From: a virus
Taxonomy: Duplodnaviria; Caudoviricetes
Length of the DNA stretch: 24,204 nucleotides
Virus record (IMG/VR): IMGVR_UViG_3300010220_000142
Span: 1 to 24,204 of that record
Reading direction: 5' to 3' (one strand)
Of the stretch, positions 16,707 through 24,204 are shown piece by piece (positions within the stretch are counted from its first letter, which is position 1; each line of letters begins with the position of its first letter). The notes under the pieces were generated by a model. That model had not been told where the DNA came from. It made no database searches and saw only the letters and a program-made list of their open reading frames with translations. The position numbers were made by a program, and so were the translations under genes.

Positions 16707-17813
16707 TTATTCAGCCGATATCACGTCCCACATCGCCAGCATTTCCCTGATCACCCGCTTGTCCGTGTCAGACACGACGAAGTCGTCGTAGAATTGTTGC
16801 CCGTTGAAGCGGATGACAGCGCGGTTCGCCTTAGCAATCTTGCGGGCAAGCGCCACGGCTGCATCGCCTCGCATGCCGGCGAATTCCCAGATCTCGGTGT
16901 CATTGTCGCGAAACCATTGACCGACCGGCACTTGTGTCGTTTCCCCGTCGATGTTGATCGAGGCGCTCTTGACGAAAAGCCAGCCATTGCGGGAGGTGTA
17001 GTTGAAGAACAGCTCCATAGTCTGCTGACCCGTGCCAGATTCGATCAGATACAGGGTCACGTAGTTGCGGATATCTTGGTAGCGCGGTGACGAGGGGTGC
17101 CGAGCCCAGGAAGAACCGTCGAACTCGGCGGTTGTGCGCACCAAGCGTCGCTCGAGCTGCCGAGCGGTTCTTTGCAGCCGCTCACGTTCCGCTTCGATTG
17201 CCTGTTCGTAACGTGTGACCTTGTCCTTGTAGGTCTGATTCTCGGTGTTCACCCGGGCCAAGGCTTGATAGGCGACGAGGTTGCGTTCCACCTGTGCGGC
17301 AGGAATTGGTCGAACGTGCGCATTGAGTGCCGCCTCAAGCCTGTCTCGTTCCGGGCCTGGAAGCGGAGCAAAGGTCGCGTCCGCCGCGATCTCACGCACA
17401 ATCGCTTCAACGTCTGCCCCATCTGCCTCAAGCCGGGCAAGGTAATCTGTGAGCCGGGCATCGGCAGCAGATGTATCAGGCTGTGGCATCGGAGCCTCTG
17501 AAGAAGGTGCCGATGTCAGGTCGCTGCCGTCGGATATTGCAGCGGCTCGTTCACGCATTGTGCCCAGATCTGCGCCTTCAATTGCCTCGGCAAAAGCGAG
17601 GCAGAGTTCGACTTCCCTGGACCACTCCGGGTTCTGCAAGGATCCCCAAGCGATCATCGATGCTGCAGCGGTCATATAGGCTTCAGCGTCCCGTGCAAGG
17701 AAAGCGTCTCGGCACTCTGAACGGGCAGCGTCGACCTCTTCCTGCGACGGATCGGCACCTGCAGGAAACGAGAGGAGGGCCAGCATTGGGATGGGAAGAA
17801 GGCACTTGCGCAT
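16707..17813 (-). CDS. Secreted/periplasmic hypothetical protein (moron)
   Basis: Long ORF with Sec signal MRKCLLPIPMLALLSFPAGA and visibly more AT-rich codons than the flanking structural genes. Alternative GTG start at 17816. Confidence 0.8.
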   Translation of the reverse strand: MRKCLLPIPMLALLSFPAGADPSQEEVDAARSECRDAFLARDAEAYMTAAASMIAWGSLQNPEWSREVELCLAFAEAIEGADLGTMRERAAAISDGSDLTSAPSSEAPMPQPDTSAADARLTDYLARLEADGADVEAIVREIAADATFAPLPGPERDRLEAALNAHVRPIPAAQVERNLVAYQALARVNTENQTYKDKVTRYEQAIEAERERLQRTARQLERRLVRTTAEFDGSSWARHPSSPRYQDIRNYVTLYLIESGTGQQTMELFFNYTSRNGWLFVKSASINIDGETTQVPVGQWFRDNDTEIWEFAGMRGDAAVALARKIAKANRAVIRFNGQQFYDDFVVSDTDKRVIREMLAMWDVISAE

Positions 17814-17849
17814 CACTTTGAGAATTCTTCCATAGGTTTGTTCGGAAGC

Positions 17850-17878
17850 AGGCTAGCAACGCGCATTTCAACCATCAA
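17850..17878 (-). promoter_or_regulatory. Putative sigma70 promoter of the 368-aa moron
   Basis: Minus strand TTGATG, 17 nt, TAGCCT (preceded by GC), located in the short intergenic gap. Confidence 0.45.
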
Positions 17879-17899
17879 GCTGACATGACGAAGCGGGTA

Positions 17900-18535
17900 T
17901 CAGATCCCGACCGAATTTGTCACCCATCCCGCCACGATCAGCCCCGGCACACCGTCCATTGCCCGCTCCGCATCCCGCATAAGATCCAGCCGCTTCCGCA
18001 ACCTGACCTGTGGGACAAGGAGGAAGATCGGCACGGTGGCCAGCCCCCGGCCGGTCTTCGAGCGCGACGCCACGGCGCGGCCCTTGGTGTTCAGGCGCCC
18101 CTCGGCGACCAGCAGGCTCGACCCCCGGCGCCGATAGACGAAGCGCAGGCGCAGCCCGGTGCGGCGTTCCCATTCACTGGGGGTGATCCGACCGCCGCGC
18201 GAAGACTTGCCCGCGGCCGGAGTGGGGATGGCCAGCCAGAAGCCGTTTCGCGAGCGGATCAGCGGGCCGGCATCATGCGCACCGACGATCACCGGCGCCT
18301 TCGACCACACCAGCGCGGCGGCATTCAGGCTTGGCCTGCCCTTGGGGAACTGCTCGGAGCGAATGGTGCGGGCGAGCCGCGCACCCAGTCCGGCGCCGGT
18401 GATCTGTGCGCGCCAGGAAGCCTTGAGTCCGGTTCCGGCCTCGCGCATGGCCGAGGTTACAGCCTTCTCGCCCGCACGAGTTTCCGCCTCCATGATCCGG
18501 GCGATATCGCCGATGATGTCGAGCTTCAGCTTCAT
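17900..18535 (-). CDS. DUF6441-like neck/tail completion protein
   Basis: Basic protein with WRAQITGAGLGARLARTIRS...FWLAIPT...TVPIFLLVPQVRLRKRLDL; follows the head-tail joining gene. Confidence 0.75.
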   Translation of the reverse strand: MKLKLDIIGDIARIMEAETRAGEKAVTSAMREAGTGLKASWRAQITGAGLGARLARTIRSEQFPKGRPSLNAAALVWSKAPVIVGAHDAGPLIRSRNGFWLAIPTPAAGKSSRGGRITPSEWERRTGLRLRFVYRRRGSSLLVAEGRLNTKGRAVASRSKTGRGLATVPIFLLVPQVRLRKRLDLMRDAERAMDGVPGLIVAGWVTNSVGI

Positions 18536-18539
18536 CGGG

Positions 18540-18854
18540 TCACGCTGGCCTCAGATCGACGGTCCAGATCAGCCGCTCGCGGTCGCGGACCGGCTCGCCC
18601 TGGATGAGAAAAGCCTCGCCCCCGATCTCGATCCGGTCGCCCGGGCGCGGGGCCGGCACCTCGGCCACCCGCAGGTCAACGCGTGTGGTCTCGGACCAGA
18701 GCCGGGCATCGCCGAAGTCGGTGACGACATCGGCACGCCGGGCGACGATGCGCACCAGCACAGGCGCGCCGCCGTTGGCGACATAGACCGCATCCCGCGC
18801 GATGTTCAGATCTGCGAAGAGTGTGGCCAGCGCGGCAGAGAGGGCGTCTGACAT
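18540..18854 (-). CDS. Head-tail joining (head closure, gpFII-like) protein
   Basis: LFADLNIARDAVY...PRPGDRIEIGGEAFLIQGEPVRDRERLIWT; GAGGA RBS; synteny with the head genes. Confidence 0.8.
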   Translation of the reverse strand: MSDALSAALATLFADLNIARDAVYVANGGAPVLVRIVARRADVVTDFGDARLWSETTRVDLRVAEVPAPRPGDRIEIGGEAFLIQGEPVRDRERLIWTVDLRPA

Positions 18855-18878
18855 GTTTCTCTTTCCTCAGAAAGGAAG

Positions 18879-18906
18879 TGATACTATGTTTGCATCAGAC
18901 AGGAGG
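18879..18906 (+). promoter_or_regulatory. Extended -10 promoter and RBS of the TA operon
   Basis: TG-a-TACTAT (18879-18887), AGGAGG (18901-06) and an upstream short inverted repeat ttcct/aggaa that could be an operator. Confidence 0.5.
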
Positions 18907-18911
18907 AAGCC

Positions 18912-19292
18912 ATGACCCTTTCTCATCAGATCGCCCGGAGTCCCGCGGCTGGTGCCGTGCTGACCAAGGCCGCGCTGCGGGCGGCAGACCGACTTGGCCT
19001 GTCGGGCCGACAACTGGCCGACATCGTTGGCGTCTCCGAGGCGACCGTGTCGCGCTGGAAACGGGGCGAAAGCCTGCTTGAGCCGGGGTCGAAGCCCTTC
19101 GAGCTTGCGGCCCTGCTTGTGCGGACCTTCCGGTCGCTCGACGCGATCACCGGGGGTGACGAGGCGGTGGCGCGACGCTGGCTGGCCGCGCCCAACACGG
19201 CGCTCGCGGCACGCCCCGTGGAGCGGATGGCGCAGGTGCAGGGGCTTGTCGATGTCACGGCCTATCTGGACGCAAGACGCGCTCCGCTCTGA
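18912..19292 (+). CDS. Xre/MbcA/ParS-family antitoxin
   Basis: HTH LGLSGRQLADIVGVSEATVSRW and C-terminal ARRWLAAPNTALAARP...VTAYLD toxin-binding pattern. Confidence 0.9.
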   Translation: MTLSHQIARSPAAGAVLTKAALRAADRLGLSGRQLADIVGVSEATVSRWKRGESLLEPGSKPFELAALLVRTFRSLDAITGGDEAVARRWLAAPNTALAARPVERMAQVQGLVDVTAYLDARRAPL

Positions 19293-20028
19293 AGCGCGGC
19301 CCTACGCGGGCTCTGCCTGGCGGTTCGTCGAGGCCCAGCATCGGGTCTCGACCCTGAAGCTCGTCGACAACCTCGCCGAACAGGCCACACTCGAGGAGAT
19401 CCTCGAGGCGACCAAGCCCCCTTTGCCCGAGGAATGCCGTGCGCTCGACTACCTTCTGGCCACGCCCTTCCGCTATCGACCCTATCCGGCGGGATCGCGG
19501 TTCCGCAGGCCGGGGCTGACGCCCGGGGTCTGGTATGGCGCCGAGGCGCCCGAGACGGCGGCGGCCGAGATGGTCTTCTACCGCTTCCTGTTCTACGCCG
19601 AGAGCCCCGAGACGCCCTTTCCCGACGATGCTGCCGAATACACCGCCTTCTCGGCAGAGGTCGCAACGCCCGTGGCGCTGGACCTGACGGTCGGGGGTCT
19701 CGATGTCGACCGTCAGGTCTGGACCCACCTCACCGACTACGCCCCCTGTCAGGCGCTGGCCGAAGACGCGCGTGCGATCGATGCCGGGATCATCCGCTAC
19801 CTGTCCGTTCGCGATCCTGCCGGAGGCGCGAACCTCGCGGTGCTGACCTGCCACGCCTTCGCGTCACCACAGCCGGTCGAGCGTCAGACCTGGCGCATCC
19901 GGATCGGTCCTACCGGCGCGCAAGCCCTGCGGGAGCACCCGAGCCTCGGACTCGAGTTCCCGACCGACAGCTTCGCCCCGGACCCGCGTCTTGACGACAT
20001 GATCTGGAACCGCCCCCGCGCGCGGTGA
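19252..20028 (+). CDS. RES-domain toxin (NAD+-consuming family)
   Basis: Start MSRPIWT overlaps the antitoxin end. RES residues in AWRFVE, GSRF..GVWYGAE...AEMVFY and IRYLSVR...NLAVL. Confidence 0.9.
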   Translation: MSRPIWTQDALRSEARPYAGSAWRFVEAQHRVSTLKLVDNLAEQATLEEILEATKPPLPEECRALDYLLATPFRYRPYPAGSRFRRPGLTPGVWYGAEAPETAAAEMVFYRFLFYAESPETPFPDDAAEYTAFSAEVATPVALDLTVGGLDVDRQVWTHLTDYAPCQALAEDARAIDAGIIRYLSVRDPAGGANLAVLTCHAFASPQPVERQTWRIRIGPTGAQALREHPSLGLEFPTDSFAPDPRLDDMIWNRPRAR

Positions 20029-20038
20029 GGCAACGACA

Positions 20039-21052
20039 TCACGTCCGCCGTGCGCTGCGCAGCACCTGCGGGCGGGTGCAGATCGGCAGCGGATTGCTTT
20101 CGATCTCGAGGCGCACCCATTCGTCGCGGTCGCGGTCGGGGATCATGCGCGCATAGAGCGGCAAGCCGAGCGTGTTGACCGTCTCGAAGGTGTCGGCGGG
20201 GGCGTAACAGATCTCGAACAGACCCTCGACGCCCTCGGGGTAGAAATAGGCCTTGTCGGTCGGCACGCCGAAGCCGAGACCGCCCCGATAGCGGCGGAAG
20301 GTGATGCCACCAAAGCTGACCTCCTCGCCAACGCGTCCCCGCAGATCTGCCGCGGCGGCGGTATTGAGATAGGTCTCGCGCACCTCCTTGTGGGCCACCA
20401 GATCGGCGAAGAAGGCCGAGCCGCATTCGGCGCGCAGCTGGATCTGACCGGCGGCCAGCCCGCCAAGGCTGTCCTCGACGCTCTCGATCAGCATCTGGCA
20501 GCGTTTCCTGAGCGCGCCCGAGGCCGGGGTAGCGTTGTCGAGGTCGAAGTCGACTTCCGTGGCCGGCGTGATGCCGAATTCGGTGTGGTAGTTGATCACC
20601 GTGGCCCCGTCCTTCGGGTCCTTCACCACGCCCTGGATGCCGTTGAAGAGGTGGAACTCGAAGGTGGCTTCGGCGTCGTTGCGCAGGCGGCCGAGTTTGC
20701 GCGCCACCTCGGTCTGCACCTGCTGGACCGCCGTCTCCGAACCGAAGTCGCGGATGCCCTGGATTTCCGAGGCCCAGAGCACGTCCTGTTTCTTGAACTG
20801 GCGCACGACGAAGGCGCGCATGTCGCGGCGCTCGGGGATCTGGCTCTCATAGGCCGAACCGCGTTCGGAGAACGGGATCAGCGAGAGCGTGCCGTCGCGG
20901 CTCTCGATCATCACGGTGCGCGACCGCACGCCGCGCGCCCCGAAGAGCCCCGACCCGGACAGGATTGCCGGCTTGAAGGGGATGTTTTCGAGCGCGCGGG
21001 TGAGCTCGATGATGCTGAAGGCATCGCCTTCGAAGATGTCCATGCTGGCCAT
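20039..21052 (-). CDS. Major capsid protein (lambda gpE family)
   Basis: 337 aa; ASEIQGIRDFGSE, TFEFHLFNGIQG, YAPADTFETVNTLGLPLY and ESNPLPICTRP. Confidence 0.93.
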   Translation of the reverse strand: MASMDIFEGDAFSIIELTRALENIPFKPAILSGSGLFGARGVRSRTVMIESRDGTLSLIPFSERGSAYESQIPERRDMRAFVVRQFKKQDVLWASEIQGIRDFGSETAVQQVQTEVARKLGRLRNDAEATFEFHLFNGIQGVVKDPKDGATVINYHTEFGITPATEVDFDLDNATPASGALRKRCQMLIESVEDSLGGLAAGQIQLRAECGSAFFADLVAHKEVRETYLNTAAAADLRGRVGEEVSFGGITFRRYRGGLGFGVPTDKAYFYPEGVEGLFEICYAPADTFETVNTLGLPLYARMIPDRDRDEWVRLEIESNPLPICTRPQVLRSARRT

Positions 21053-21097
21053 GGGGCTGCCTCCTTGCGGATATCGGATGGGGACGGCTGCGCGGGA

Positions 21098-21469
21098 TCA
21101 GCGCAGCAGGATGCCGAGGGTGGAAAGGGCGGTGGTGGCGGCGGTGATCTGCGCCTCGGTCGCGCCATCCGGCCAGATGACCTCGTGGCGGTTGACGATG
21201 GCCGGGCCGCGCAGGACGACGACGCCCGGGGCATCGGCATCGGTTGCGTCCACCGCACCCCAGAGGATCCCGGCTGCGGTCTGGCTACCGTTCGTTGCGG
21301 CGGGGGCGAGCTGGGTGAACTTGCCGCCCGTGGTGATCTTGCCGAGCACGGTGCCGGGAGCGAGGTTTCCGGCGCCGGACGCCAGCGTGACGGTATCGCG
21401 GCTATAGTCGCGGAAGGCTTCCCAGACGAGAAAGCCGCCCGCGTGTCTGCCTTCGGTGAGCGTGGCCAT
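21098..21469 (-). CDS. Head decoration protein (gpD-like)
   Basis: LAPGTVLGKIT...NGSQTAAGILWGAVDAT; located between protease and capsid genes. Confidence 0.88.
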   Translation of the reverse strand: MATLTEGRHAGGFLVWEAFRDYSRDTVTLASGAGNLAPGTVLGKITTGGKFTQLAPAATNGSQTAAGILWGAVDATDADAPGVVVLRGPAIVNRHEVIWPDGATEAQITAATTALSTLGILLR

Positions 21470-21475
21470 GGGGGA

Positions 21476-22468
21476 TCATCCTTTCGGGGTGAAGGTGCGG
21501 GCGATGACATCGCCCCAGGGGCGGGCGCTGCTGCTGCGCCCGGGTTGCGGGTGGTGCGGGGCGATCTGCGGCGCGGCCTCGGCCCTTGTGGCGAGAAGGC
21601 TGGCCCTGACCGCATCGAGACTGGCGTCCTGTTCGAGAAAGCGCCCCGCCATCTGCGGCTGGCCCGCGAGGTGACAGAGGTCGATCACGGCGCGGGCATG
21701 GGCGATGGCTTCAGCGCGGACGGCGATGGGGTCGATGGCAAACGGCACAGGGTCGGGGCTTGGTGGCGTCACCGGTTCCGGTTCGGGATCGCCTGTGCGA
21801 GCGGTAGCGGCGTCTCCGATGTTGTCTTCGGCCCCCTCAAGCCCGTTCGGACCTGCATCGGGAACCGGATCAGCGATGGCTTGCGCCAGCACAGGCGGCG
21901 CATTGCGGAACCGGGCGATGTCGAAGCTGGCCGCGATCCGCACCGGCGCGATCATGCGGGTGGCGAGGCCCGCCTCCAGCGCATCCCCTGAATCAAACCA
22001 GGTCTCGGCTGCCATCAGGGCCGCGATCTCCTCTTCGGTGCGTCCGGACCGCGCGGCATAGCCGCGGATCATGCTGCCCGCGATCTTGTCCATGGTGTCG
22101 GCCATCTCGCGCATCTCGGCAGCGGTGCCCATGACCAGCCCCGCGGGGTCGTGGATCATCAGGAAGGCGTTCTCCGGCATGACGATCTCGTCGCCCGCCA
22201 TGGCGATGTAGCTTGCGGCCGAGGCCGCGATGCCGTCGATCCAGACGGTGATCGTGCCTGCGTGTCGCTGCAGCGCGTTGTAGATCGCCACCGCGTCGAA
22301 GACCGAGCCGCCGGGGCTGTTGAGGCGCAGGTCGATCGGCACCCCGTCGGGCAGTGCGCCGAGTTCGGCAAGGAACCCCTTGGCGCTGACGCCATAAGCG
22401 CCGATTTCGTCATAGATCAGCACTTCCGCCCCGGAGGCCCGGGCGCGGATCCTGTACCAGCTGTTCAT
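21476..22468 (-). CDS. ClpP-like (S14) head maturation protease with a C-terminal scaffold-like extension
   Basis: Start MNSWY with AGGAG RBS; IYDEIG, LNSPGGSVFD, GIAASAAS (catalytic Ser), LMIHDP (His) and AETWF. Confidence 0.92.
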   Translation of the reverse strand: MNSWYRIRARASGAEVLIYDEIGAYGVSAKGFLAELGALPDGVPIDLRLNSPGGSVFDAVAIYNALQRHAGTITVWIDGIAASAASYIAMAGDEIVMPENAFLMIHDPAGLVMGTAAEMREMADTMDKIAGSMIRGYAARSGRTEEEIAALMAAETWFDSGDALEAGLATRMIAPVRIAASFDIARFRNAPPVLAQAIADPVPDAGPNGLEGAEDNIGDAATARTGDPEPEPVTPPSPDPVPFAIDPIAVRAEAIAHARAVIDLCHLAGQPQMAGRFLEQDASLDAVRASLLATRAEAAPQIAPHHPQPGRSSSARPWGDVIARTFTPKG

Positions 22469-22472
22469 CCTG

Positions 22473-23984
22473 TCACTCCTGTTCGGGTTGCGCGCCCGCG
22501 CCGGACCCATCGGTTTCCGGGTCGGGCAGCCTTGCGGGCGTGGCCCGCGCGCCTTGCGTCTCGCCGGGGCTGGTCCGGTAGCGGAGGCCGAGTTCGGCCG
22601 CGCGCTTTGCGTCGGCGGCGTTCTCGCGGTCAACCTCCTCGACGTCGTAGCCGGTGGCTTCGACCACCTTGCGCCGCGAGGTGATGCCCGCCTCCATCGC
22701 CAGCACCTGCGCCTGGATGTCCTTCAGGGGATCGACCCAGTCCCAACGCGGCGGGATCCATTGCGCGGCGCGGAACCGGCCGGGTGCGCCCGTGTAGCCC
22801 GGCAGGTCGAGCACCCCCGCCAGCACTGCGGTGTCCAGCCAGCGCGCCCAGACGGGGCGGCAGAACTGGTGCACGATCACGCCATGCTGCAGCTGGCCGA
22901 TGCGGCGGCGGAACTCGACCAGTTCGGCCCGCAGGCTCGAATAGTTCGCCTGCCGCACATCGCCGGTGACCAGATGATAGGGCAGTCCCAATGATGCCGA
23001 GACGGCGAGCAGCGTGCGGTACTGGAACGCCTCGTACCCCCCGCCCACATCGGCCGGGCTCGAGAACTTCACGTCCTCGCCCGGGAGCAGCACCTGCATG
23101 GTGCCGGGCTCGAGGCTGGCAATTGCGGCACCCTCGGGGTCGGCGGCGCCTTCGCCCATCATCGGCTCCTCGGGCGCGGTCTTGGTGATGAAGCCCGCGA
23201 ACATCGCCGCGGTCTTCTTGCGGTCAAGTTCCGCGTCATCGTACTGGTCGAGCAGGAACAGCCGCACCATCGCAGGCGCCACATGCGGCAGGCCCCGGAT
23301 CTGGCCGGCATCGATGGGGCGGTAGATGTGCAGCACCTCTTCGGCTGGGACGCGCACCGTGTCGGGCACGGCCACGCGCTGGTCGGTGCTGTCACCGGGA
23401 TGGCGACGGCGGAAGTGATAGGCCACCCGCCGCCCGATTGCGTCGAATTCGATCCCGCAGCGGATGCGGTTGCCGTTCGGCGCGGTTTCCGTCTTCTCGA
23501 AGGGCAGCATCTCGGATTGCAGCAACTGCAGCTGCAAGGGCACCAGCAGCCCGTCTTCCGCCCGGCGCGGGCGCAGGCGCACGAAGCACTCGCCCGCCAC
23601 GAACATCTCGCGCGCCACCATGGCCTGCAGGCCATAGAAATCGGTCAGCGCGTCGGCATCGGCCTCGTCCGTCCAGGCGAGCCAGAGCTTCTGGACCCGG
23701 TCACGAACACCCGCATCCTCGATCAGCGACGACGGCTTGATCCCGTCGCCGACGAGGTTCGCCGCAAAAGCCTCGCAGGCATTCGCCGCATAGCCGTTGG
23801 TGACCACCAGCTCGCGGGCGCGTGCCAGGAGCCTTGGGCCGCCCGATGCGACGAGCGCATTGATGTTCTCGAGCGGCGGGTTCCAGCCCCGCAACCGGCG
23901 CCTGGCCATCGCCCCTTCGAGGCGGGCGCGCACGGCTTCAGGGCCGCCCGGTGTCGGGCGGCGGAAGAGGTCGAACAGACCCAT
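22473..23984 (-). CDS. Lambda-family portal protein
   Basis: LARARELVVTNGYA, VLHIYRPIDAGQIRGLP, TGDVRQANYSSLRA and WDWVDPLKD. Confidence 0.95.
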   Translation of the reverse strand: MGLFDLFRRPTPGGPEAVRARLEGAMARRRLRGWNPPLENINALVASGGPRLLARARELVVTNGYAANACEAFAANLVGDGIKPSSLIEDAGVRDRVQKLWLAWTDEADADALTDFYGLQAMVAREMFVAGECFVRLRPRRAEDGLLVPLQLQLLQSEMLPFEKTETAPNGNRIRCGIEFDAIGRRVAYHFRRRHPGDSTDQRVAVPDTVRVPAEEVLHIYRPIDAGQIRGLPHVAPAMVRLFLLDQYDDAELDRKKTAAMFAGFITKTAPEEPMMGEGAADPEGAAIASLEPGTMQVLLPGEDVKFSSPADVGGGYEAFQYRTLLAVSASLGLPYHLVTGDVRQANYSSLRAELVEFRRRIGQLQHGVIVHQFCRPVWARWLDTAVLAGVLDLPGYTGAPGRFRAAQWIPPRWDWVDPLKDIQAQVLAMEAGITSRRKVVEATGYDVEEVDRENAADAKRAAELGLRYRTSPGETQGARATPARLPDPETDGSGAGAQPEQE

Positions 23985-23988
23985 CTTG

Positions 23989-24204
23989 TCAGAGCCCCTT
24001 GTCTGTCGTCACCCGGATCTGGCGCACGATCCGCCGCCCCTCGGCCGCGGCGATCTCGCGGTCCAGCGCCTCGATCGCCCGGTCGATCTCCGCCACGCTG
24101 CGATAATCCACGGTCTTGCCGTCATAGCTGACCCGCGCCACGCCCGAGGCGCGCTGCGCGGCCAGCGCCTCGCGGCGCGCGCGAAGGTCGGTGATTGTCG
24201 CCAT
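23989..24204 (-). CDS. gpW-like head-to-tail joining/head completion protein
   Basis: 71 aa, SGVARVSYDGKTVDYRS...IEALDREI, immediately upstream of the portal gene. Confidence 0.88.
   Translation of the reverse strand: MATITDLRARREALAAQRASGVARVSYDGKTVDYRSVAEIDRAIEALDREIAAAEGRRIVRQIRVTTDKGL

Noticed and set aside
18994-19251. N-terminal extension of the RES ORF
   Set aside because: It overlaps the antitoxin in another frame; RES-like sequence begins at MSRPIWT (19252).
20390-21991. 533-aa plus-strand ORF
   Set aside because: Antisense to the well-supported capsid, decoration and protease genes.
1-24204. RcGTA-type gene transfer agent cluster, CRISPR array, tRNA or rRNA
   Set aside because: The head module is lambda-like (gpW, lambda portal, gpD, gpE) with a long tape measure and linked lysis genes, unlike RcGTA. 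No spaced repeats or structural RNA genes were recognised.

Overview
This GC-rich window holds the late (virion morphogenesis and lysis) operon of a siphovirus-type prophage on the minus strand. The host is probably an alphaproteobacterium such as a Rhodobacteraceae member (inferred from protein similarity). Read right to left, the genes are: gpW-like head completion, lambda-family portal, ClpP-type head protease, head decoration, gpE-like major capsid, head-tail joining, DUF6441-like neck, tail terminator, tail tube, a tail chaperone with a -1 slippery site, tape measure, distal tail/hub, a BR0599-family Fe-S protein, two small tail proteins, a tail-tip protein with an inserted vWA domain, three putative receptor-binding genes (DUF2793-like, SPRY-like with 17-aa repeats, lectin-like), a DUF6127-like membrane protein, an M15 endolysin and Rz/Rz1-like spanins. 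Four accessory insertions interrupt the operon: an antisense Xre-RES toxin-antitoxin pair after the capsid gene, a secreted 368-aa unknown protein, a complete IS3-family element (27-bp inverted repeats, GTG duplication), and an antisense cassette encoding an exported SNase-family nuclease plus a small membrane protein. All family calls come from motif recognition by eye; no database searches were run.
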